NCBI GenBank assembly: GCA_012964335.1
Contig: DTUF01000022.1
Location: 30,195-94,194, forward strand
Origin: Candidatus Poseidoniales archaeon
GTDB lineage: Archaea; Thermoplasmatota; Poseidoniia; Poseidoniales; Thalassarchaeaceae
Reading direction: 5' to 3'
DNA length: 64,000 bases
In this document: positions 56,436 through 64,000 of the stretch, one piece after another
Layout of the letters: each line of letters begins with the position of its first letter
How positions within the stretch are numbered: position 1 is the first letter of the stretch
Position numbers and translations under genes: made by a program
Notes under the pieces: generated by a model
Told to the model about the DNA's origin: nothing
The model's database searches: none
Seen by the model: only the letters and a program-made list of their open reading frames with translations

Positions 56436-57998
56436 TCACTCTCCTGTCACATATGGTACTTTAAAAGTGCCACCAAAATGGTTTGGCCCAATAATAGTGT
56501 CCCAATTCTCTACCCAATTGTACTGATATGCGTTTATGGACATCACTTTATAGAATTCATCGGGTGCAATTCCTTCTGGACTATATGGCTCTAAAAATTC
56601 TGAAAATGCTGTCGGAGTATGCAATAACCATTTATTGTTGACAACATCGACTGAACCTTCTAGGTAACAACTGTCCAAATTTATGCCATTTTCAGAACAC
56701 CATTCACTATTGTATGGGATTAGAACCACTGACCATGCATGAGCTTCCCAGATTTCATGATCCAAGGAAGTTAGGGCACCGAATTCATACCATGTAGGGA
56801 TGTTCTTTACCCTTAGTATACTCATCCATGCGTTGGCTTGTTCATCACAATCGCCTATCCCTTGGGCTAAACAAATAGGGCCACTACGAGGCGGATATGC
56901 AGAACCCGGCCCATATACCACATTATCTCTGACGTAGATGAATGCAGCGTGCGAGAAAGCGTAGATGTTGTTCTGTTGCCCTACCGGGAGACTTGCCTGA
57001 ATATTATCTGCTGCTGCCTTGACCAGATAATGATCGCCATCAATTGCCCAATTCTCAATTGAACCTCCAACATTTCGGTCATACCACTGATGTTCTTCTC
57101 CAATCAATGAAGTGGTAGCTCCAACCCATCCCGACCTAGATAAATCAGTAAACAAGCCAGAACTGGAAATATCCATTCCCTGAGATGTTCCAGTAATAGG
57201 TGTTGAGATAGTATCTCCACGATTCCATGCATAAGAATATGATTCGATATCATATGTTATCGTTAGGATTGCAATCGAAGTCGCGGGTATATCGCCTTTC
57301 CAAATTAAACACCTAGTGAATTCACATCTATCTTCACTAGAACCTAAGGATGGCCAATGAACAGAAGAGAATCCGTCTCCAAGTGATATTGCTGATGATT
57401 CTTCCAAGTATTCAACGGTGTCAACTGGAACATCAATATGAGAAAAACTAGAACCAACCTTCATAGATTTCACCCATTGAACGTCAGATGCCATGTCTAG
57501 ATTCCCATTTCGATCAAATGTCGTGTCGTCAACACCGCGATTGGTTCGCTGAATTGGAATTGGCAGACGGTACAAAAATTGTCTCTCCCCTGAATCAAAA
57601 TTTTCAATTTCAACCGTTCTTTGGAGAGTATATTCTGTGCCTACAGGGTATTCGTGGGCTGGGCCAATTGATTTCCAAAATTCACCTAACCAAATGCTCA
57701 ATTGTTTATTCACATGCTCTTGGGCGGGTGTAAATAGGAAAACGAAAGCAATGACTATCACCAATACAAGATTTTTAAATTGTTTTCCAGTTTTCTTCTT
57801 TTTTCTTTTCAGATGAGCCTGCTGTGCCCTAGCCTTTGGACTCAAGCCATACTGCACTCTAGAACTATGTTGTTGAGGAACGCCTGATGGCGTAACGCGA
57901 CCTCCCATTCCAGAAGTTCCACTGATTACTCTACCACAACCGTGGCATATCGGGTTCCTCAAACTGGCGGGAGCCATGCAATAAGGGCAACGAGCCAT
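56436..57998 (-). CDS. transglutaminase-like cysteine-protease-fold membrane protein with N-terminal cytoplasmic zinc ribbon
   Basis: N-terminal CPYC...(10 aa)...CHGC ribbon, polybasic KRKKKKTGK, one TM helix. C-terminal core GIGDCDEQANAWMSILRVKNIPTWYEFG matches the transglutaminase Cys motif (G.C.e.A.....lR..GIPAR). ATG at 57998 (GTG 58016). Confidence 0.65.
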   Translation of the reverse strand: MARCPYCMAPASLRNPICHGCGRVISGTSGMGGRVTPSGVPQQHSSRVQYGLSPKARAQQAHLKRKKKKTGKQFKNLVLVIVIAFVFLFTPAQEHVNKQLSIWLGEFWKSIGPAHEYPVGTEYTLQRTVEIENFDSGERQFLYRLPIPIQRTNRGVDDTTFDRNGNLDMASDVQWVKSMKVGSSFSHIDVPVDTVEYLEESSAISLGDGFSSVHWPSLGSSEDRCEFTRCLIWKGDIPATSIAILTITYDIESYSYAWNRGDTISTPITGTSQGMDISSSGLFTDLSRSGWVGATTSLIGEEHQWYDRNVGGSIENWAIDGDHYLVKAAADNIQASLPVGQQNNIYAFSHAAFIYVRDNVVYGPGSAYPPRSGPICLAQGIGDCDEQANAWMSILRVKNIPTWYEFGALTSLDHEIWEAHAWSVVLIPYNSEWCSENGINLDSCYLEGSVDVVNNKWLLHTPTAFSEFLEPYSPEGIAPDEFYKVMSINAYQYNWVENWDTIIGPNHFGGTFKVPYVTGE

Positions 57999-58069
57999 TA
58001 TGATACTGTGCCACACTAAGCCCCATAACGATTCTCCATTAACTATCCAAAATGAGAAGAATTTGATTA

Positions 58070-58867
58070 TTATTCTTCTGAGTCATTTACTAGGTCACCA
58101 CGTTGTCTCTGTGCTTTGAGGCGTGCCCGCTCAGGAGATTTCCTAACGGTGCGATGATATTCTTGTCTAATTGAAGGGATTAGTGCAGAGGGCAACCACT
58201 TTTCTTCTGCAATAGAGAATCCGTAAATCGCAACAACTGGTAATACCATCAATATTATTGGTTGAGCAGTGATTCCAACCAAGACTATGATTAAAATAAA
58301 ACCTCGGTAAAGGCCTGATTGCCACATAACGGTCAGTGGCTTTTTGTCTACAACTGCTGCACCTTGCCAAGAGCCTAGAGAGGCTTCAATTGCTGGAAGA
58401 GTGAAGGTAATCCATACTCCTGTAAGAAGCATTGGCCAATTGAAACCAGAAACGAAGCCAATCCAATTTGGGTCAGCCATCCTAATCATCAGATATGAGG
58501 CTTGTAACGCACCCATTCCAAGTCCCATGGTCCATCCAGATGTTGGAGAAGCAAGTAATAGTCTCACTTTTTCTCTAGATAGAAGAAAATGGAAAATAAG
58601 AGACTGAGCAAGGCCTACAAATATCATAAGACCCAAAGTTTCAATCAATACTGCTCCAGTTTCGGCTACAAGACTGATAAAAAGTCCATCAATTAGGATC
58701 CCACTGAACGCCCCAAGAACGATTCCAAAAGCAAGATGTTTCGTAGCATTTGGCATATCATAGAATCCAGCCATATTTTGCATTCCACCTCGCCAACCAA
58801 CGTATACGCCGAGGGTGCCAAGAGCGATAAGAATCTGAACCTGATACTGAGGCATGTCCAATCCCAT
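58070..58867 (-). CDS. hypothetical polytopic membrane protein (7-8 TM)
   Basis: 265 aa, ATG start, basic C-terminal tail. No family recognised by eye. Confidence 0.35.
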   Translation of the reverse strand: MGLDMPQYQVQILIALGTLGVYVGWRGGMQNMAGFYDMPNATKHLAFGIVLGAFSGILIDGLFISLVAETGAVLIETLGLMIFVGLAQSLIFHFLLSREKVRLLLASPTSGWTMGLGMGALQASYLMIRMADPNWIGFVSGFNWPMLLTGVWITFTLPAIEASLGSWQGAAVVDKKPLTVMWQSGLYRGFILIIVLVGITAQPIILMVLPVVAIYGFSIAEEKWLPSALIPSIRQEYHRTVRKSPERARLKAQRQRGDLVNDSEE

Positions 58868-58967
58868 AGTGGGGCGAGTTGTTGTCTCTTGATGTATTCA
58901 CCGCTTGAACAATTACTAGTCCGGCGCATTCAAACGGGATGGGTGTAACCGCCGCATAGGTGGATGC

Positions 58968-60323
58968 ATGGCGCTTGAAGGACTGAAGTCTGGAATCTTT
59001 GGAGCTATTGCTGCGCTAAAGGGCAAGCGCAAGTTGGATGAAGCAGAACTTGCTGAGATGATAAAAAGTATTAGAGTAGCTTTACTTGAAGCAGATTTCA
59101 ATGTTCGACAAACTAAGGAAATCTCAGAGAGACTAGAATCACGAATGAGAGAAGAAGAACCACGACCTGGTGTCATCTTACAGACTCACGCGTTGAACAT
59201 CATTTACACCGAATTAGTTCGCATGCTAGGGACTCCTAGGGAGATCATCCCTCACAACCAAACAATTCTCATGGTCGGACTTTACGGCCAAGGGAAGACC
59301 ACAACCACTGCAAAATTAGCTGAATGGTGGCGCAAAAAGCACAACATGAAAGTAGCCGTTATAGAGGCTGACGTGCACCGCCCTGGCGCTTATGCACAAT
59401 TGCAACAACTGCTTGCAGATTCACCAGTAGAAGTGTACGGGGAACCAGAGGAAACTGATGCGCTAGTAATTGTGAAAAACGGTTTAGAAGAAGTTGGAGG
59501 GGCAGATTTAGTCATCATTGATACTGCTGGTAGAGATAGATTAGACGAAGGATTACTTGATGAACTGGATGCAATACACCGAGTTGCAAAGGCCACAGAA
59601 CGATTCCTAGTAATTGATGCTCAGGTTGGTCAAGCCGCCGGTCCTGTAGCGGCATCTTTCCATGACCTAGTTGGAATAACAGGCGTTATTGTCACTAAAC
59701 TTGATGGGACAGCACGAGGTGGAGGTGCACTCTCAGCGGTTGCAACTACCGGCGCTCCAATTGTCTTTATTGGAGAAGGTGAAAAAGTTGCAGACCTCGA
59801 AAAATTCGAATCTGATAGATTCATCTCTCGGCTCCTTGGCATGGGAGATATTAGAGGTCTAATTGACCTTGCTCCTGAAGATTTAGATGCAGAAGAGGCT
59901 GCTAGAATTGCAGAACGATTAATGTCTGGGAGATTCACTCTCAATGATATGTACAAACAAATGGAAATGATGTCAAAAATTGGCACCGTTGACAAAATCA
60001 TGTCACATATGCCAATGGGATTCATGGGCATGGGTAATATGTCAAAGAAACAAAAACTTGAGATGCAAACGAATCTCGAACGTTTCAAGATTATTATGGA
60101 CAGCATGACCACTCACGAAAAAAACGAACCATTAGTTCTCAAACAAGAGAGGATAAAGAGAATTGCACTTGGCTCAGGTACTACTGAAAGAGATGTTAGA
60201 GACTTGCTTGCACAGTGGAAACGCTCTCGCAAGATGATGAAAGGTGTTCGAGGAAACCGTAGACTTCGAAAGCAAATGAAAGATATGATGGGCGACATGG
60301 ATGATGTCGACATGCCGATGTGA
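58968..60323 (+). CDS. srp54: signal recognition particle protein SRP54
   Basis: GTPase motifs GLYGQGKTTTTAKLA, DTAGR, TKLDG. Met-rich C-terminal M domain. 451 aa. Confidence 0.9.
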   Translation: MALEGLKSGIFGAIAALKGKRKLDEAELAEMIKSIRVALLEADFNVRQTKEISERLESRMREEEPRPGVILQTHALNIIYTELVRMLGTPREIIPHNQTILMVGLYGQGKTTTTAKLAEWWRKKHNMKVAVIEADVHRPGAYAQLQQLLADSPVEVYGEPEETDALVIVKNGLEEVGGADLVIIDTAGRDRLDEGLLDELDAIHRVAKATERFLVIDAQVGQAAGPVAASFHDLVGITGVIVTKLDGTARGGGALSAVATTGAPIVFIGEGEKVADLEKFESDRFISRLLGMGDIRGLIDLAPEDLDAEEAARIAERLMSGRFTLNDMYKQMEMMSKIGTVDKIMSHMPMGFMGMGNMSKKQKLEMQTNLERFKIIMDSMTTHEKNEPLVLKQERIKRIALGSGTTERDVRDLLAQWKRSRKMMKGVRGNRRLRKQMKDMMGDMDDVDMPM

Positions 60324-60333
60324 AGGTGAACAT

Positions 60334-60951
60334 TTGGCAGATAGAAGATTTGCCATAATTGGCCATCGAGCGAAAAGCAATGGCAAATTGAATATTAATG
60401 ACTTGGCTGGAAGTGGTGGTAGAATGGATGTTTTAGTCCGTGCCATTAACTCTGCACTTTTCTTATCTCACGGTATTAGGAAGGACACACACATCACAAT
60501 CCACATGATGGGTGGAGAAGGTCCACCGAGAAGAATATGGTTTGATGGTGCTAAAGTTTGGGGACTTCATCCTGACGAGAGAGCTATTGCTGGGCACATT
60601 GCTAAAGTCATTGCTGAACCAGTCCCAGCTAGAGGACATTGGGTAGAACACCAACCTGGGATATGGCACTCAGGAGGAGACCTGTCAGTCACCCTAAATG
60701 AGTGGAGTAAAGAGGGTGTTGAAATGGTGAAATTGGATGCTGAGGCAACAGCCTTTTCTGAACACTATAATACAACAATTCCTAGCAGCATTGGATTCTT
60801 TTTATCAGACGACCAACCATTTAGTGACGCAGAAAATATACTTCTTAAAAAATATACAAATCCCATTTCACTAGGTAAAAAATGGGTACAGGGCCACACC
60901 GCCATCGGAGTGGTACACCACTTACTTGACTCTATTATTGATCAACAATAA
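60334..60951 (+). CDS. trmY: tRNA (pseudouridine54-N1)-methyltransferase TrmY (SPOUT)
   Basis: RRFAIIGHRAKSNGKLNINDLAGSGGRMDVLVRAINSALFLSHGIRKDTHITIHMMG is co-linear with M. jannaschii TrmY (REFIFKANKTITS...[30 protein letters not shown]). Homology places the start at TTG 60334, 10 nt after the srp54 stop; the ORF-track ATG 60301 lies inside srp54. Confidence 0.6.
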   Translation: MADRRFAIIGHRAKSNGKLNINDLAGSGGRMDVLVRAINSALFLSHGIRKDTHITIHMMGGEGPPRRIWFDGAKVWGLHPDERAIAGHIAKVIAEPVPARGHWVEHQPGIWHSGGDLSVTLNEWSKEGVEMVKLDAEATAFSEHYNTTIPSSIGFFLSDDQPFSDAENILLKKYTNPISLGKKWVQGHTAIGVVHHLLDSIIDQQ

Positions 60952-61870
60952 GCCAAGAAGGCAATCCCTCACCTGAACTCGTTGTTGCAAGTAACTCATC
61001 AGCAATTGCCAATGGGTGTCCTTGAGGCCATGTCCCAAGAGTGGATACACTTGCAAAGCCCAATCTTACGCAATGGGAATCTCCATTCTCTATTGGTTCA
61101 TCTTCTATGCGAGCTGCCCCTAATTGAATATCCCATTCATCTCTATCAATAGAGTCATCTCCAACAATTTCTATCGCTCCACGATACCATCTACCACCTA
61201 AATGGGTAGAAGAAAATGCATCTTCCCATCCTACAGGGACATTGAGATTAAGATAAACATCACCTAAAATAAAGGCATTTCTTAGAATCTGCTCGTTTGA
61301 CTCTCCTTCTGGTTTAGTTGAACTTCCGCCTTCCCTACCAAAATTAACAGGTGATTCGGGGATTATTGAACAAATATTTTCAACCAATTCTAGAGTAGCA
61401 CGTAAAGCATTTGAGTAATCATTTTGTTCAAAAGAATCCAAACTAGTTGCTAATGAAGGTATACCACAAGTTCCAGCTTGACGAGCACCTCCAATCGTTC
61501 CTGAGTGTAAAACATCAACAGACATATTCGGTCCACGATTTATTCCGCTAATGCAAAGAGATGGTTTTGGAATATTAGATGGAAGTCCACCAGATAATGC
61601 CGTCAATACACTATCTGCTGGATATCCTGAAATGTCAAATAAATCAATTTTAGGGTTACCTTCCATTAATCTATAGAATTTCAATATATCATTTCGTCTT
61701 CTTAATTTCATCTTCTTATGTAATGTGAGATGCATTGTTGAGGCTGATCTTTCACGGTCTGGCGCACAAACTACTACTCTGTATCCAGCATCATGAAGTC
61801 CCTGGACGAGGGCAGATATACCCGGTGCATCGATTCCATCATCATTAGTTATCAGAATTGTATGGGCCAT
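60935..61870 (-). CDS. surE: 5'/3'-nucleotidase SurE
   Basis: MAHTILITNDDGIDAPGI N-terminal SurE signature (ILITNDDG). 311 aa. 3' end overlaps trmY by 17 nt (convergent). Confidence 0.85.
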   Translation of the reverse strand: MAHTILITNDDGIDAPGISALVQGLHDAGYRVVVCAPDRERSASTMHLTLHKKMKLRRRNDILKFYRLMEGNPKIDLFDISGYPADSVLTALSGGLPSNIPKPSLCISGINRGPNMSVDVLHSGTIGGARQAGTCGIPSLATSLDSFEQNDYSNALRATLELVENICSIIPESPVNFGREGGSSTKPEGESNEQILRNAFILGDVYLNLNVPVGWEDAFSSTHLGGRWYRGAIEIVGDDSIDRDEWDIQLGAARIEDEPIENGDSHCVRLGFASVSTLGTWPQGHPLAIADELLATTSSGEGLPSWLIVDQ

Positions 61871-61872
61871 TG

Positions 61873-62847
61873 TTATTCACCTTCATCTATCGCATTTGTT
61901 AACTCGTCTATCGATGTTTGCCCAAGGGTCACCATTATCACACCAAGTATTAGGAATATACCACCTAACCAAGTGTAAACTCCAGGCACAGTTGTTGTTC
62001 CTAGGTACCACCCGATTAGAGAGCCTATCAAAGGTTCAAACAGGACAGCAACCGAAATAACTAGTGGAGTAAACCATCTTAAAACTCCATTTATTCCTGT
62101 ATGTCCAATCAAACCGGGACCGATTGCAAGGTAAGCAATGGCTGGCAACCAAAGAACATCTGACCAACCAAATAATGAACTAACTGCTGGTAATCCACCT
62201 AGTGAAGTTCCTTCAATTACAATCGAACTTAATCCAAGTAGTAATCCAGCGATGAGAGTTACTGGAAAAGCGTAAATGAACAATGGCATCCAAGCTCTCA
62301 GAACCCTGCCTGCAACTAAATATCCAACTATAGCAATCGCTCCAATAAAAGCCGCTAAATCGCCAATTAGAGTTACTTCGCCTTCATTTGTCACACCTAA
62401 TAGGGTAATCCCCGCACCTAAAAATCCGAGAAGTGCACCTGTAGTCTGGCCTGGGGAAATTTGTTTTCCTAAGAGATAAAGACCCGATACAATGACTAAA
62501 GGATGAGCTGTAACAAATAAGAGACTATGTGTTAATGAGGTGTGGTCGAGTGACCAAACCCAACTACCAAAATGTATACACAAGCAAATAGAAGAACCAA
62601 TGATTGCCAATATTACTCGCTTTTCTTTTAATCGGGAAAATGTTTCAACATCGTTATTTTTTAGATTGACAAACTGAAAAATGAAAGGTGGTAACAGAAT
62701 TAGAGCGGTTGCCTGTAAACGCCAAGATGCACGTAATATTGGGTCGACTTCATTTATCAATTGGAAAACTGCACCTGCACTTGATACTGCTATTACTGAA
62801 GTTGCTAAAATCAGCCACGCGAAGGCAGGGGGTGGCTGCTCAGCCAC
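61873..62847 (-). CDS. DMT-superfamily (EamA-like) transporter
   Basis: 324 aa, about 10 TM in two repeats with Gly-rich helix ends. Apparent GTG start. 3 nt upstream of surE. Confidence 0.4.
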   Translation of the reverse strand: MAEQPPPAFAWLILATSVIAVSSAGAVFQLINEVDPILRASWRLQATALILLPPFIFQFVNLKNNDVETFSRLKEKRVILAIIGSSICLCIHFGSWVWSLDHTSLTHSLLFVTAHPLVIVSGLYLLGKQISPGQTTGALLGFLGAGITLLGVTNEGEVTLIGDLAAFIGAIAIVGYLVAGRVLRAWMPLFIYAFPVTLIAGLLLGLSSIVIEGTSLGGLPAVSSLFGWSDVLWLPAIAYLAIGPGLIGHTGINGVLRWFTPLVISVAVLFEPLIGSLIGWYLGTTTVPGVYTWLGGIFLILGVIMVTLGQTSIDELTNAIDEGE

Positions 62848-62856
62848 GCTTCAACC

Positions 62857-63978
62857 TCACCCTAACTCGGCTTCCAAAAGTTCATCTTTCGGACCAATTA
62901 TTCCAGCCTTCCTGAATAACAGATAGATACCTAGACCTAACACTATATTCATTCCTAAAAATGAACCGAACCTCGCATAAGGATACCAACCAAGGTCCCC
63001 TAGTACCTGTTCTTCCATGACTGGGTTTCCGTCTGGATCCAAAACAGGAGTTTCACCATCTAATGTTGGAACAATTTCCCCTGTTGGGAGTTCATCTACA
63101 ACTGCAAATACAGCACTCTCTACGCCAAGGAAGGCTTCGCCGGTTAGCATACCTGCGGCAAGCATAAACGTACCAAGTAACATGATTGCGCGAGTCCTTT
63201 CGGCTTCTTTATTGCCTTCTTTTTCACGAATTTTTTCAACCTTCGGAGCAAGCCTCTTTGCCTCCCACCAATCTCGTAATCCGCCACCAATTAGCATTGG
63301 GAAAGTAGCCAAAGTAGGTAGATACATACCTAGTCCAAATGATGTACCCATTCCAGTAGCCCATTCAATGAAACAGCCAAGCAAGAAACCCAATCCTAAT
63401 GCATAGAGATTGCCTTCATTCTCCGCTAACAAAATTGTGAAAGTTGCGAATGCATTTGCTTGTGGGGCAAGTAGATCGATGCGGCCATCAGCAAGCATCT
63501 TTGACAAGAAAATCGCAACACCTGCACCAAGGATTGCACCAGGAACAACTCCCATGATATTTCCTTTAGAGATGTGATAAGGTCGGTTTCCAATGTAAAG
63601 ACTATTTTTGTAATCCCCAACTACAGTTCCAGACATTGAGATAGCAGAGCCAAACACAGTTGTCCCAACAAGTCCCAATAAGATGGCTTCCTCTTTAGTC
63701 AAGCCAAAAGTATCTCGTAAATTGAGGAACAATCCTAGTAAACCAAGTAGAACTATGAAAGATGTACCACTAACGGGTTCAATCCCTGTTTCACCCATTA
63801 CGCGCACTGCAATCGCACCAAGTAAGAAGGTTGCAACGCCGACGATAATTGCAAATAGAAGGCTTGGAATAAGTGGGAAACCGCCAACTGTAAAGATGAA
63901 AGACATTGCGAAGAAAGAGATGACGATGAAAATTGGAAGGTGGTAGAGTGGCCATTCATACCATCCCTTTTCCTCCAT
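62857..63978 (-). CDS. OPT-superfamily-like membrane protein (short, 373 aa)
   Basis: VMGETGIEPVSGTSFIVLLGL resembles the OPT core motif; compare SSNSPVSGMTIATL in the 690-aa OPT at 9236. About 10 TM, ATG start. Confidence 0.4.
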   Translation of the reverse strand: MEEKGWYEWPLYHLPIFIVISFFAMSFIFTVGGFPLIPSLLFAIIVGVATFLLGAIAVRVMGETGIEPVSGTSFIVLLGLLGLFLNLRDTFGLTKEEAILLGLVGTTVFGSAISMSGTVVGDYKNSLYIGNRPYHISKGNIMGVVPGAILGAGVAIFLSKMLADGRIDLLAPQANAFATFTILLAENEGNLYALGLGFLLGCFIEWATGMGTSFGLGMYLPTLATFPMLIGGGLRDWWEAKRLAPKVEKIREKEGNKEAERTRAIMLLGTFMLAAGMLTGEAFLGVESAVFAVVDELPTGEIVPTLDGETPVLDPDGNPVMEEQVLGDLGWYPYARFGSFLGMNIVLGLGIYLLFRKAGIIGPKDELLEAELG

Positions 63979-64000
63979 ATATTCTGCACCTTGTTCCCCT

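Noticed and set aside
58868-58967. GC-richer 100-bp spacer upstream of srp54 considered as possible SRP (7S) RNA
   Set aside because: It is far too short for 7S RNA (about 300 nt) and lacks the conserved GNAR tetraloop / helix 8 motifs. More likely a divergent promoter region.
1-64000. CRISPR array, IS/transposase, integrase or prophage signals
   Set aside because: No regularly spaced direct repeats, no DDE/serine/tyrosine recombinase-like ORFs and no attachment-site-like duplications were seen. Composition is uniform, so there is no evidence of a recently acquired island.

Overview
This 64-kb window reads as a chromosomal segment of a marine, moderately low-GC archaeon. The gene content is most consistent with Thermoplasmatota / Marine Group II (Poseidoniales-like), which is an inference from content, not a database hit. 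It is densely coding (about 60 genes) and dominated by archaeal housekeeping loci. Main loci:
- A complete exosome/proteasome superoperon (psmA, SBDS, rrp4, rrp41, rrp42, L37ae, Pcc1, prefoldin beta, DHH phosphoesterase).
- A streptomycin-type operon (S12, S7, EF-2) with a membrane delta-9-type fatty-acid desaturase inserted between S7 and EF-2.
- Futalosine-pathway menaquinone genes (mqnD, mqnA, radical-SAM mqnC/E, and a separate UbiD-like decarboxylase).
- An isoprenoid module: isopentenyl phosphate kinase followed by a fused type-1 IPP isomerase::GGPP synthase.
- Translation and processing genes: ProRS, GlyRS, SRP54, RFC large subunit, TiaS, TrmY, Tpt1/KptA, Dph6-like.
- Metabolic and transport genes: split transketolase, CoaBC, PurB, SurE, TrkAH, a P-type ATPase, OPT transporters.
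- GmhA/GmhB heptose genes beside an archaeosortase-like membrane protein.
- A 1764-aa Lhr helicase.

No rRNA, convincing tRNA, CRISPR array or mobile element was seen. The most system-like unexplained feature is a two-gene cassette on the minus strand: an MreB/ParM-like actin-fold ATPase immediately downstream of a 349-aa protein with zinc ribbons at both ends, in a neighbourhood unusually rich in other zinc-ribbon proteins. Secondary points of interest:
- an 810-aa beta-propeller / Tsp3 calcium-repeat surface protein with a highly charged cytoplasmic tail, splitting the mqn cluster;
- the desaturase embedded in the translation operon;
- the IDI::GGPPS fusion;
- a zinc-ribbon::Tpt1 fusion;
- a degenerate RecA/KaiC-like pseudo-ATPase.

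The supplied ORF track calls GTG/TTG as start codons. I re-read the DNA at most start sites and list the ATG (or best homology-supported) start where it differs.
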